Positions 10,053-19,645 of a DNA stretch of 45,153 nt are shown here, piece by piece. The position numbers were made by a program, and so were the translations under genes. The notes under the pieces were generated by a model that was not told the DNA's origin, made no database searches, and saw nothing but the letters and a program-made list of their open reading frames with translations. This stretch comes from Promethearchaeota archaeon. GTDB taxonomy: Archaea; Asgardarchaeota; Hermodarchaeia; Hermodarchaeales; Hermodarchaeaceae. Location of the stretch: positions 1 through 45,153 of the forward strand of contig JBHLPR010000013.1 in NCBI GenBank assembly GCA_048939245.1, given 5' to 3'. Each line of letters starts with the position of its first letter. Within the stretch, counting starts at the first letter, position 1.

Positions 10053-11108
10053 ATGCATGAGTTCTTGGAAAAGTTAGTCTTCGCTGATGCTCCGCCGGGT
10101 CGAGAAAATGAGATTCGCGATATTATCGTACGGGAACTGGATCCGTTAGTTGATGAGATAAGAATGGATGCGCTGGGAAATGTTATCGTGACAAAGAGAG
10201 GGAGTACGAAAAAATCTTTGATGCTGATTGCGCATCAGGATGAGGATTGGGCGCTTCTTTTAACTCATATTGATGATGATGGGTTTCTCCGATTTATCAG
10301 ACTTGTCGGACATCGTTGGAATATACTGGGGCAGCGAGTCACCATCCACGGAAAAAAGGGAAAAAGGAAAGGTGTGGTTGGACTTGCTGCACCCCACCTA
10401 ATCCCGGTTAAGGAATTACAGGAAGGGTATGTACCGGATTTTGATAAGATGTTCATTGATTGTGGAGCTCAGAGTGCAGACGACGCCTTAGCTATGGGGA
10501 TAGAGCGGGGGCAATACGTTACGGCAGAAAAACACTTTGAGGTATTGCGGAATGGTCGGTTGCTTGCAAATAGTTTTGATAATCGAGCCGGGCTTGCTGC
10601 AATGATTGAGGTTTTTCGACGTATTCATGACCAGAAGCTAGCGATGAATGTGGTGGGTGTGGCCTCAGTCCAAGAGGAATTGGGCACACGGGGAGCTGGA
10701 CCAGCAGCGCACCAGATAGAGCCAGATTTTGCTATCGCGTTGGATGTATCTCCCACTGGAGATCATCCCAATATCAAAGAAGGGTTAGTTCCGGTTAAGT
10801 TGGGGCAAGGACCTGTCCTGTTGAAAGCCGATCAATTTCATGTGACGTCATCGAGACTTAACTCGTGGATAATTACTGTCGCAGAGAGGCAGCAGATACC
10901 CTTACAAGAGGTGGTGTTACGTGCCCCCATTCACTTTGGTACGGATGCTGCAGCTGTTGAAGTCATTAAATCTGGAAGTCAGACAACATCTTTACTAATA
11001 CCCACTCGTTATTTCCATACAACAAACTCGTTGATTCAATATTCAGACTTGGAACTCACAGTCAAGTTGCTAATAGCGTGTCTGCAATCCCTTAATCAAC
11101 TTAGGTAA
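10053..11108 (+). CDS. M42 family (TET-like) aminopeptidase
   Basis: DALGN, AHQDE, DNRAG, QEELG, ALDV, GTDA, PTRYFH. Confidence 0.9.
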   Translation: MHEFLEKLVFADAPPGRENEIRDIIVRELDPLVDEIRMDALGNVIVTKRGSTKKSLMLIAHQDEDWALLLTHIDDDGFLRFIRLVGHRWNILGQRVTIHGKKGKRKGVVGLAAPHLIPVKELQEGYVPDFDKMFIDCGAQSADDALAMGIERGQYVTAEKHFEVLRNGRLLANSFDNRAGLAAMIEVFRRIHDQKLAMNVVGVASVQEELGTRGAGPAAHQIEPDFAIALDVSPTGDHPNIKEGLVPVKLGQGPVLLKADQFHVTSSRLNSWIITVAERQQIPLQEVVLRAPIHFGTDAAAVEVIKSGSQTTSLLIPTRYFHTTNSLIQYSDLELTVKLLIACLQSLNQLR

Positions 11109-11149
11109 TAAACTGGTCTTTGTTGGAACAAGAGAAATTGTGTACTCAG

Positions 11150-11701
11150 CTATTCTATGAGACCGAGGTCACGCATGTGGTCAGCGAGAAGATAGATGGC
11201 TTTTCGGGTGATAGTCTCTTTGTTAGTTCCTGCACAGACGATGCGTCCACTGCTGAAGATAAGGAAGACAGCTTTGGGTGTTTTCATACGGTAGATGAGT
11301 CCTGGGAAGACTTCGGGCTCATATAGACACCGTTCGAGAGCCATCTGGGCCATATCTAGGTCCACGCGACTGTGTAAATCTCCAGAGGCCACAATGTTTT
11401 GAATCGTGATTTTTGGTGTCCCGGATACGGTGATGCCAGCTTTGCGAATCTTGGCAATTACGTTTTCAACGGCTTTTTCAGCTTCGCTTTCTCGTCGTAA
11501 TCCTGTGATGACCATCCGTCCGCTATTGAAAACGAGAATGGTAGCTTTAGGGTTTTTTACGCGGAGCATTAACCCAGGAAATTGTTCAGGGTTATATTCG
11601 GCGTCCCGTTGTTTGCGGGCTAGAAGATTGAGATCAATTTTCGCGTCGACTTCGACGCTTGCAACTACGTTTTCTATTTTATATTTGGGTCTCTTTGGCA
11701 A
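11150..11701 (-). CDS. tbp: TATA-box-binding protein
   Basis: Two TBP repeats: IENVVAS...YNPEQFPGL...SGRMVITG and IQNIVAS...YEPEVFPGL...SGRIVCAG. TTG start with GGAGGT SD. Confidence 0.97.
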   Translation of the reverse strand: MPKRPKYKIENVVASVEVDAKIDLNLLARKQRDAEYNPEQFPGLMLRVKNPKATILVFNSGRMVITGLRRESEAEKAVENVIAKIRKAGITVSGTPKITIQNIVASGDLHSRVDLDMAQMALERCLYEPEVFPGLIYRMKTPKAVFLIFSSGRIVCAGTNKETITRKAIYLLADHMRDLGLIE

Positions 11702-11732
11702 AATGAATACCTCCCAGTCGGGTGAAAGTGTG

Positions 11733-11851
11733 CTTTATAAAGTTTTTAAAGACCTTTTATAGAATGGTTGTCACCCTTATAAACCTTTTATAGGACCGCG
11801 AAAGGTCCGTATAAGGGAAAAAGTGGAGATTTCCGGCTCACGATTAGCCGG
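11733..11851 (-). promoter_or_regulatory. cdc48 terminator hairpins plus tandem TATA-like boxes upstream of tbp
   Basis: Hairpins CCGGCT-N7-AGCCGG (11833-11851) and GGACC-N6-GGTCC (11793-11808). On the minus strand CTATAAAAGGT occurs twice, plus TTTATAA boxes. Confidence 0.45.
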
Positions 11852-11862
11852 ATGATGAAAGA

Positions 11863-14115
11863 CTATGTATAAGGACCGGGGGTGGTATCAATGGCATCCC
11901 GTTGTGTTGACATGGTGTCAATGTATTCCTTGTAAGCCTTCAGCATTTCTGGGGTGACACTGGGTTTGATTTTCTTTAGAGCAGCTTCGAAATGTTTAGC
12001 GTTGACCGTGGTGAGTTTGTCTTCATGACGTATGGCATACATACCGGCTTCGCGGACAAGATTGGCGAGGTCAGCGCCTGAGTAGCCTTCCGTTGTTTTG
12101 GCAATCTGTTCGAAATCTACATCATCAGCAAGAGGCATGTTTCGTGTGTGAACTTTGAGGATTTCGATCCGGGCATCCTTGTCAGGTGGTGGAACCATAA
12201 TGATTCGGTCAAAGCGTCCTGGTCGAAGGAGTGCTTTGTCGATGATTTCGGGGCGATTAGTAGCTCCGATGACAACGACACCTTTGAGTTCCTCCATTCC
12301 ATCCATTTCAGCGAGGATTTGATTGAGAACAGATTCGTAGACATGGCTGCCTTGCCATTGACCTCTCGCGGGGGCAAGACTATCTAGTTCGTCAAAGAAG
12401 ATAATACTGGGGGCGACTTGACGGGCTTTCCGGAAGATTTTCCGTATACCTTTCTCAGATTCACCTACCCACTTACTGAAAATCTCGGGTCCACGAATGG
12501 CAATGAAGTTAGCTTCACTCTCAGTAGCGACTGCTTTCGCAAGGAGTGTTTTTCCTCCGCCTGGGGGTCCGACAAGGAGAATGCCTTTGGGAGGTTGGAC
12601 GCCAACTTTTTCGAACTTGCCAGGGTATTTGAGCGGCCATTCAACTGCCTCGCGTAATTCGGCTTCTACCTCCTCCAAGCCTCCCACATCGTCCCATGAG
12701 ACTTTGGGGATTTCGAGATAGATTTCGCGTAGAGCGGAGGGTTCTGCTCGACGACGAGATTCTTCAAAGTCTGCTCCTGTGACCTCGAGACTTTCAATAA
12801 TTTCTGCAGGAAGAGGTTGATCTTCTTCCAAATTAATCTTGGGGAGTATGCGACGTAAGGTATTCATCGCGGCTTCCCGTGCAATCGCTGCAAGGTCAGC
12901 ACCAACCATTCCATGGGTTGCATCCGCGAGAGCATCAAGATCCACATCTTTGGACAGAGGCATTCCGCGCGTATGAATTAACAGGACTTCCTTACGTCCA
13001 TTTCGTGTGGGAACTGGAATCTCAATTTCTCGATCAAACCGTCCAGGACGTCGAAGGGCGGGGTCTAGAGCATCTTGCCGATTAGTTGCTGCGATAACAA
13101 TGACTCGACCACGTGCTTGTAGACCATCCATGAGTGCGAGGAGTTGGGCAACAACACGACGTTCCACTTCTCCTTGTACTTCTTCGCGTTTAGGTGCAAT
13201 ACTGTCAATTTCATCGATGAAGATGATGCTTGGAGCCCGTTCAGAGGCTTTTTCAAATAACTCGCGAAGACGCTTTTCCGATTCTCCATAGAATTTACTC
13301 ATAATCTCGGGTCCATTGATGGAAATAAAGGTGGCATCGGATTCATTAGCTACAGCGCGGGCAAGCAGAGTTTTTCCTGTGCCTGGTGGACCAAAGAGGA
13401 GAACCCCTTTGGGTGGATCAATTCCGAGCCTGTCAAAGAGTACGGGGTGTTTCAAAGGGAGTTCGATCATCTCTCGGACACGATCAATAGCCTCATCGAG
13501 CCCACCAATGTCTTCGTAGGTGACGAGTGGAGCTTTTGCTGTAACGTCCACCGCTTCGGGTTGGATCTGGATAACGGTGTCTTCCGTGATCTTTACAACA
13601 CCTTTGGGTGTGGTGCTTGTGACAACAAACTTGATTTCGCCAAGTGCAAAGGGAGCACCTGCGCCTCTCATCATAGCTTCAAATACAGAATAATCACCAC
13701 TTCGAATAGCTCCGGATCCTGCTGTACTGATGATATCACCAGGAGCTACGGGTCGTTGATTTAGACTGGGTTTTACTGCTTCGCCTTCGGCGACTATTCG
13801 AACACCTCGTTGAGCTGGGGCGAGTTCCACTCTTTTGGCTGGGGGTGGGTCGATGCGGTTGACTTCTACAAATTCTCCGATACCTGTACCGCTATTGTTT
13901 CGGACAAGTCCATCCATGAAGATTTTTCCTGAACCTGCATGAATGGATTGGCCACGCCAGACACGTGCACCAGTGGCCTTTTTTCCTTTAATCTCAATGA
14001 TATCGCCAGAGGTTACTCCAAGGCGTTCCATAACCTTGGGGTCTACACGGACAATCCCGCGACCGGCTTCATCGCTAGGCAGTGAGACAACACGCAGTTG
14101 AATTTTATTTGACAT
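11863..14115 (-). CDS. cdc48: Cdc48/VCP (VAT) AAA+ ATPase
   Basis: N-domain, two AAA modules ([14 protein letters not shown] and [20 protein letters not shown]), penultimate Tyr tail (GPYT) of HbYX type. Confidence 0.97.
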   Translation of the reverse strand: MSNKIQLRVVSLPSDEAGRGIVRVDPKVMERLGVTSGDIIEIKGKKATGARVWRGQSIHAGSGKIFMDGLVRNNSGTGIGEFVEVNRIDPPPAKRVELAPAQRGVRIVAEGEAVKPSLNQRPVAPGDIISTAGSGAIRSGDYSVFEAMMRGAGAPFALGEIKFVVTSTTPKGVVKITEDTVIQIQPEAVDVTAKAPLVTYEDIGGLDEAIDRVREMIELPLKHPVLFDRLGIDPPKGVLLFGPPGTGKTLLARAVANESDATFISINGPEIMSKFYGESEKRLRELFEKASERAPSIIFIDEIDSIAPKREEVQGEVERRVVAQLLALMDGLQARGRVIVIAATNRQDALDPALRRPGRFDREIEIPVPTRNGRKEVLLIHTRGMPLSKDVDLDALADATHGMVGADLAAIAREAAMNTLRRILPKINLEEDQPLPAEIIESLEVTGADFEESRRRAEPSALREIYLEIPKVSWDDVGGLEEVEAELREAVEWPLKYPGKFEKVGVQPPKGILLVGPPGGGKTLLAKAVATESEANFIAIRGPEIFSKWVGESEKGIRKIFRKARQVAPSIIFFDELDSLAPARGQWQGSHVYESVLNQILAEMDGMEELKGVVVIGATNRPEIIDKALLRPGRFDRIIMVPPPDKDARIEILKVHTRNMPLADDVDFEQIAKTTEGYSGADLANLVREAGMYAIRHEDKLTTVNAKHFEAALKKIKPSVTPEMLKAYKEYIDTMSTQRDAIDTTPGPYT

Positions 14116-14538
14116 TTAATCAGTTTCCTCCATTAGGTGAGATAAGCGTTTACGGACTATTTGGAACTCCGAGGCCATCAACTGGAAGAGTGCTTCATAT
14201 GTATCAAAGTAATGGTCGATCATGGCTTGGAGCAATTGATCGCCATCCTTTGTTAGGCGATAGTATCGACGCATGGGTCCACGACCCTCACTGCGGACTT
14301 TGATATCGCCTACAATCCAGCCCTTTTCGGCGAGCCGATTGAGGAGGGGATAGATGGTTCCAGGTTCCAGTTGAATGCGCCCTGCCGACATCTCATCGAT
14401 TAGTGCGCTTATCCGCGCTCCATAAAGGCTTTCTTGTCGTAATAGGGTGAGTACCCAGAACTCAAGAATGCCACGGTTGATTTCACGAGTCCACTCTCGG
14501 AGTTTATCGTGGGTTTTGTCGGTGGAGCCATCAGTCAT
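14116..14538 (-). CDS. PadR family transcriptional regulator
   Basis: RGILEFWVLTLL...YG..I...PGTIYPLLNRL...G..RRYYRLT..G. Likely start ATG 14538. Stop abuts the cdc48 ATG. Confidence 0.88.
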   Translation of the reverse strand: MTDGSTDKTHDKLREWTREINRGILEFWVLTLLRQESLYGARISALIDEMSAGRIQLEPGTIYPLLNRLAEKGWIVGDIKVRSEGRGPMRRYYRLTKDGDQLLQAMIDHYFDTYEALFQLMASEFQIVRKRLSHLMEETD

Positions 14539-14553
14539 TTTGAGTTTCTCCAA

Positions 14554-14577
14554 ATATATAGTATAACTATATATAGT
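14554..14577. promoter_or_regulatory. Palindromic operator candidate for padR-cdc48
   Basis: Perfect ATATATAGT-ATA-ACTATATAT (14554-14574) overlapping a 12-bp palindrome ACTATATATAGT (14566-14577), 16 nt upstream of the padR start. Confidence 0.55.
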
Positions 14578-14761
14578 ATGACAAAGCAGTATTACTACCA
14601 TATATAAACTTATCGAATTTAGAATCCACAAAATTACAGACGGAACCAATTAGTGAAGTAAATATAGACTAAGCCATTCCCTCCGAGGCAGAAAGACTTT
14701 AAAAGACGCATTAGACATTGGCTCAGAACCCAAAGACCAGCAACTTCAAGGTGACTCATTA

Positions 14762-15610
14762 GTGAAACTGTCACTTCGCGTTTGCACTCTATTGATCGCA
14801 GTATTGTTCATTACTTCATTCGTTGGATTGCAGAACTATACCCCTATTGCAGCAGAAACAGACGTTCAGATCACCGACGTCCAAGTACCGAACGAAGTTG
14901 CCCAAGGCTCGACTGGGCAAGTTCAAGCAACCGTGCAGAATTTACTCAACGTTTCATTGGAGGGGTTTGCTCATTTTTTAGATATGTCTGGAGAGATTCA
15001 TAGTATCAACCCAGCTAATCCACTTACTCATATTGTGAATTTCACAATTGGACCCGAAGAATCACTTACGGTTATCGTTGATTATGTAGTAAATGAAACA
15101 GCAAGTGTGGGTGTTCACACGGTAACCTTTGAGATAAGCGTCGGCGGTTTTTCCTTCTTATTCGAGCAGTATTCGATTAATGTGGTTTCTGTAGTAAGAA
15201 TCGTCGATATCATGCCCGGAAGCGTGTTTTCTCAAGCTCAAGCGGGACTTTTGTTAGTTTCAATTGAAAATCGCGTGGACCTAACCAAGACAGTGCGTAT
15301 TGAGGTCTTTGGACCTAAATTTGTCAACATGTCCCAAGAGGTTGATATCGCACCAGGGATGAACACCGTGGCGATTCCGTTAATGCCGAATGTTACCCAC
15401 GTATATGATTTTGGCATATTTCCTGCAAACGTTTCAGTGTACTTCTTTGAGGAATTAGTTAGTAGTCATATTGTGAGTATTCCCGTCGATATGTCACTGG
15501 TCAACAAAACCGTTGCCATCATTCTTCCTGTAGGAATTTTTCTCATACTCGTTGTCTTCTACGCGTTTCGCAAGCGCCAGCGAGAACGCTCTGCAGCAGT
15601 TAGTGAATAG
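14762..15610 (+). CDS. Membrane-anchored extracellular protein with Ig/CARDB-like beta domains
   Basis: Signal peptide, beta-rich body with NxS/T sequons, C-terminal TM followed by RKRQR. Confidence 0.7.
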   Translation: MKLSLRVCTLLIAVLFITSFVGLQNYTPIAAETDVQITDVQVPNEVAQGSTGQVQATVQNLLNVSLEGFAHFLDMSGEIHSINPANPLTHIVNFTIGPEESLTVIVDYVVNETASVGVHTVTFEISVGGFSFLFEQYSINVVSVVRIVDIMPGSVFSQAQAGLLLVSIENRVDLTKTVRIEVFGPKFVNMSQEVDIAPGMNTVAIPLMPNVTHVYDFGIFPANVSVYFFEELVSSHIVSIPVDMSLVNKTVAIILPVGIFLILVVFYAFRKRQRERSAAVSE

Positions 15611-15664
15611 CGTTATTAGGAGGAGGCATAGTCTTACCATGTTACTGTTGGTTTGTGGTAAGCT

Positions 15665-16279
15665 ATGGCATCAAATCCATGGGTTCGTCTACGGCAAGAA
15701 ATACTAGCCTGCCATAAATGTGACCTTTCGAAATCACGGACACAGGCAGTGCCCGGTGTTGGACCCCAAAACGCCGAACTAGTCATTATCGGAGAAGCAC
15801 CAGGTCGATATGAAGATCTTCAAGGCGAGCCATTTGTTGGTGCAGCAGGAAAATTACTAACTAGACTGCTTGAAGGTATAGGGATCAAGCGAAAAACAGT
15901 GTTCATCACAAATGTGGTGAAGTGTCGTCCTCCAGAAAACCGACAGCCCCTGGCTGTAGAAAAAGAAACCTGTTACCCGTATCTTGTCCGCCAACTGAAC
16001 CTGATTTGCCCCAAAGTAATTGCCTTAGTAGGTAGAGTACCTACGGAAACAATGCTAAATAAATCGGTTCGAATGGGGGCAGCCCATGGTCAAAGCTTCG
16101 AACACGAGGGTCGAACATATTTTGTAATGTATCATCCTGCGGCAGGTTTGTATAACCAAGAACTGGTTCCAGAAATGGAGACAGACATGCGAAAAATGAA
16201 GCAGCTATTGGACAAAGAACCACAGCCAGAACCAAAAAAGGGTCAACAACCTCTAAGCAATTTCTTCGAAAACCCATGA
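15665..16279 (+). CDS. udg: Uracil-DNA glycosylase family 4 with C-terminal PIP box
   Basis: CHKC, GEAPG, PFVGAAG, NVVKCRPPENR, YHPAA, C-terminal QQPLSNFF. Confidence 0.93.
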   Translation: MASNPWVRLRQEILACHKCDLSKSRTQAVPGVGPQNAELVIIGEAPGRYEDLQGEPFVGAAGKLLTRLLEGIGIKRKTVFITNVVKCRPPENRQPLAVEKETCYPYLVRQLNLICPKVIALVGRVPTETMLNKSVRMGAAHGQSFEHEGRTYFVMYHPAAGLYNQELVPEMETDMRKMKQLLDKEPQPEPKKGQQPLSNFFENP

Positions 16280-16292
16280 ATTGGTGTCGGTT

Positions 16293-16757
16293 TCATTCTT
16301 CATTTTCCATCATTGATTCGAGTGCAGCCCGGCGTCGCGCTAGGAATGATTGAAGTTCACCTTGCATTTGAGCACGGATACCGAGTCCACCTGAAGCAGC
16401 TGCACCCATTGGGGATGTTGGGGCTTGTGGAGGGGGCGCTGCAATACCTGGAGGAGAACTGGGACCAGCGGGTGATTGGGGCATGCCGGGACTGCGCGGA
16501 GCTTCCATTGGTGAAGGGGGAGGAGTTGCAGCTGAAGGAGTGGTTGGAGCAGTTTTGGGTCCACCCATGCGAAGCACTGTGTCAACTTGGGTTTCAATTA
16601 TAGCGAGGCGATTCCTTAATTCGTCCATCTGTTTTTCGAGCGAGCCGACACCATTAAGGAAAATTGTGGCTACTCGTTCAAGGACGTTAGCTAGTTCCTC
16701 GATTTTTTTGGTGGTGTCTTTTTCTGCTGCTAAAAAGTCGAATCCGCCGAGAGCCAT
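16293..16757 (-). CDS. Hypothetical protein: coiled coil, proline-rich linker, amphipathic basic helix, acidic tail
   Basis: Heptad region IEELANVLE...LEKQMDELRNRLAIIETQV, then TPPPSP/PPG/APPPQAP, then MQGELQSFLARRRAA and ENEE. Own upstream TATA-like element. Confidence 0.8.
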   Translation of the reverse strand: MALGGFDFLAAEKDTTKKIEELANVLERVATIFLNGVGSLEKQMDELRNRLAIIETQVDTVLRMGGPKTAPTTPSAATPPPSPMEAPRSPGMPQSPAGPSSPPGIAAPPPQAPTSPMGAAASGGLGIRAQMQGELQSFLARRRAALESMMENEE

Positions 16758-16872
16758 TCTGCATCAGGTTCAAGTTGGATTGGATAGTTTAAAACCTTGT
16801 GGGGTAACTGATCAGCTCTTTATAGTTTTAGGGGAAACCTAAACAACTAACCTTAGAAAGACAAGATGACAA

Positions 16873-17553
16873 ATGGTGTCTCGATTCATGCTAGCCCGAA
16901 TGCATTATCAACGCTTTATTAGCTGGGTATTGGAACTTCGGCATCGTCGAATACAGCATGAGTGGACTGTGGAATGGAATGGGCTTCGTATTCAGATTTG
17001 CCCACAGGTTTTCAATCCATTTACGGGTCGTACAACTCAATTTTTTATTAGACATATGAATATCCGACCTGATAGCCATGTGCTAGAGATTGGGACAGGA
17101 TCTGGGGCGATTGCAGCGGCTGCCGCACAAAACGCTCAGTTTGTTACTGCGACGGATGTAAACCCATACGCTGTCCGGTGTGCACAGGCCACGATGCGAC
17201 AAAATGGGTTGATGAATCGCGTAACGGTTCGATTAGGGGATTTGTTTGTCCCCGTCCATGGAGAGCGCTTTGATATCATCTTGTTTAATCCTCCCTATTT
17301 TCGGTTTGACCCTCAGAGTTGGATGGCAAAAGCATGGTGTGCGGGGTCAAAGCACCAATTGATTGTCCGATTTCTTGAGGGAGCACGAAAGGTGTTGAAA
17401 CCGTCAGGAGAGATTCAGATATTGCTAAGTTCAGCGAGTGATTTGCCTCAGATAATTGGACTTATCAAAATGGCGGAGTTCAGAATCGAACTTATCAGCC
17501 AAGGTCAGATTTTGGGACCGTTGGAAAGAATCTATCTATTCCGGTTGATCTGA
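16873..17553 (+). CDS. HemK2/MTQ2-like SAM-dependent methyltransferase
   Basis: VLEIGTGSG, TDVNP, GDLF, FNPPY. Confidence 0.85.
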   Translation: MVSRFMLARMHYQRFISWVLELRHRRIQHEWTVEWNGLRIQICPQVFNPFTGRTTQFFIRHMNIRPDSHVLEIGTGSGAIAAAAAQNAQFVTATDVNPYAVRCAQATMRQNGLMNRVTVRLGDLFVPVHGERFDIILFNPPYFRFDPQSWMAKAWCAGSKHQLIVRFLEGARKVLKPSGEIQILLSSASDLPQIIGLIKMAEFRIELISQGQILGPLERIYLFRLI

Positions 17554-18576
17554 TTTTCGTCGCATCTTCGCCAATAAAGTGCTCCAGGGTATGAAGAAGA
17601 GACCAATTAGTACAATGCCGATTATAAGATATAGGGTGTCCATGATAGGATCGGAGCCTCCACCAAAGATTTGGAGCAGAATGGCTTGCAGGAATGGAAG
17701 TTGGGCGCCGATGGTGATTATCAAGGCTAATACGACTTTGCCAAAGAAACAGAAAAGGAGGGCTTTCCAAAGCGGATATTTGGTTGCTCCGAGGGCGATG
17801 AGGAGGATATCATCGGGGAGAGGAGTGGCTGCGTAGATGAAGATTAGAAGTCCGCCATAGCCGCGTTCGATTTGCCTGCGGATTTTGAGGATTCGTTGTC
17901 CTGTAGGTGATTCTTCTAAGGATTCGCTTTGAGTGCGTCCAAGGAGCCAGGCAACCGTTTCCCCAATGGCGGCACCGGCTCCTGCTACCACGCCAAGGAG
18001 AAGTGCATCAAGGTACGTGAATCCAGGCTGGAGGGCGATAAGGAGGAGGATGAATAGGTAGGGAATGGGAAAGATGACGGTGAAATTACCAAAGATGCTG
18101 ATAAGGAAGATCCCGATATAGATTCCCATGGGTCCGAAGACAGCTAAAGCCCATGCAATGATGCTGTTCATTATATCGAGGATGGATAAGCCGATAAGCA
18201 CGGGAACAATGAGTAAAACCGCAAAGAAGGTGACAAATACCAAGAAGCGGAGGGTGCGGTTGACATCACTTCTTTGGACTTGGGCTTGCCAGACTTGGCG
18301 GAAGGAGAGGTCCTTTCCCCGATAGACTTTGCCTAGCCCCCAAATGAAAAGGATAACCCCAGGGAGCAGATAACTCAATGCCGCGATTAGGGAGGCTGTT
18401 GTAATGTTGGAAGGAAGAAGGAATATACCCATGGAACTGAGAAAATACGGTATGAGTAGTAATACACCCAGAAGGAGGAAAGCTCCGCTGCCAAGTGTTA
18501 GGAAGAATTTAGCATCCCCTGCCCGTTCTTCAGTTGCATTGATTTCTGGGGATGAAGTGGGGGATGGTTCAGTCAC
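17536..18576 (-). CDS. VTT/DedA (SNARE-associated domain) membrane protein with extra N-terminal TMs
   Basis: GNFTVIFPIPY, GAGAAIGE..AWLLGR, AATPLPDD, GK. Confidence 0.8.
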   Translation of the reverse strand: MTEPSPTSSPEINATEERAGDAKFFLTLGSGAFLLLGVLLLIPYFLSSMGIFLLPSNITTASLIAALSYLLPGVILFIWGLGKVYRGKDLSFRQVWQAQVQRSDVNRTLRFLVFVTFFAVLLIVPVLIGLSILDIMNSIIAWALAVFGPMGIYIGIFLISIFGNFTVIFPIPYLFILLLIALQPGFTYLDALLLGVVAGAGAAIGETVAWLLGRTQSESLEESPTGQRILKIRRQIERGYGGLLIFIYAATPLPDDILLIALGATKYPLWKALLFCFFGKVVLALIITIGAQLPFLQAILLQIFGGGSDPIMDTLYLIIGIVLIGLFFIPWSTLLAKMRRKSDQPE

Positions 18577-18923
18577 ACAGGTCTACCTCAACCGTATATT
18601 TAGTTAACCTAGTTCTCACTGTAGAATGGATAGCCCTGAGTAATGTGTTAATAAAAATGGGGTGGGTCAAATGAAAAATGGCGGAGAGAATTAATTATCT
18701 CGTAATAAGAAACACAAACTCTCAACCCTCATGAACCCCTTGGAGAAGCCGCCTGTAAATATCCTACTACACTTTGAAATTTATGATTCCCTTTTCGTCA
18801 GAACCTACGACATTAAGGTGAACTTAGATATTCGCCATAACTTCGAAATATTAAAGACTTGTGTTCGCTAGTTAGCTAATTAACTTCGATAAACCTATCA
18901 AACATTCGAAGTAGGGCAGAATA

Positions 18924-19268
18924 ATGGCAGATGAGGACACCTCAAAGCTTCTTGTCTTAATAGGAGCAATCTTTCAACTAATTACTGCAATTCCTCTATT
19001 GTCTTTGGGCATATTCTTTGTCATTATTATGTTGCCGGCCTTCTTTTTGATCCCATTCTTTTTATTCATAATTTTCCCTGCAATTTTCCTCGTTTGGGGC
19101 ATCGGTTGTTTGATACTCTCTATCTATTGGTTCAAATGGCGTCATGAACCTAGTGCCCACAAATCATCACTTATCGCCACAGGCATTATTGGCTTAATAA
19201 TCGGCGGAACAATTGGTGGACTTTTAACGTTAATTGGTGGGGCCCTTGCACCTGAAGAAAATGCATAA
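18924..19268 (+). CDS. Small hypothetical membrane protein
   Basis: 3-4 TM helices, glycine-zipper C-terminus (GIIGLIIGGTIGGLLTLIGG). Confidence 0.7.
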   Translation: MADEDTSKLLVLIGAIFQLITAIPLLSLGIFFVIIMLPAFFLIPFFLFIIFPAIFLVWGIGCLILSIYWFKWRHEPSAHKSSLIATGIIGLIIGGTIGGLLTLIGGALAPEENA

Positions 19269-19377
19269 TCCTTGGAAGCACAGCATTTGGCAAAAGATAT
19301 CTAAAAAGCGCTTCATCCTAATTATGAAAAAACCTTAACCTCAAAGTTCGAGATTAGTGAGTGTTAAGTAAACATGA

Positions 19378-19608
19378 TTATCTCGTAATCAGTGTGGATG
19401 TTCGTTCTACATTTCGAAGACCACGCATGCGTTCGACGAGAACATAGAGGTCTTCCATGGATTTGGATTCCACCGAGACAATGATGTCCCAAGAGCCTAG
19501 GGTGGTTCGAGCTTCCTTGACTTCTTTGAATTCTTTTAAGCTCTCGATGATATCATATTCCCGTCCAGATTTTGCTAAGATGAGAACGTATGCAAGAACG
19601 ACGGCCAC
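19378..19608 (-). CDS. Stand-alone Lrp/AsnC ligand-binding (RAM) domain protein
   Basis: AYVLI...G.E...V.EA...GSWDIIV.VE...R...V.RTSTLI. Confidence 0.85.
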   Translation of the reverse strand: MAVVLAYVLILAKSGREYDIIESLKEFKEVKEARTTLGSWDIIVSVESKSMEDLYVLVERMRGLRNVERTSTLITR

Positions 19609-19645
19609 TCCGAGTCACCGATTGGGACGGACACCTTAAGAGGTT

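Noticed and set aside
14539-14649. N-terminal ORF-track extension of padR (likewise for mrp, the U32-like gene and thiolase)
   Set aside because: Runs through promoter/operator DNA, and downstream starts fit SD position and domain boundaries better
17536-18576. 'SNARE-associated' domain as a eukaryotic trafficking signature
   Set aside because: The VTT/DedA family is universal in prokaryotes
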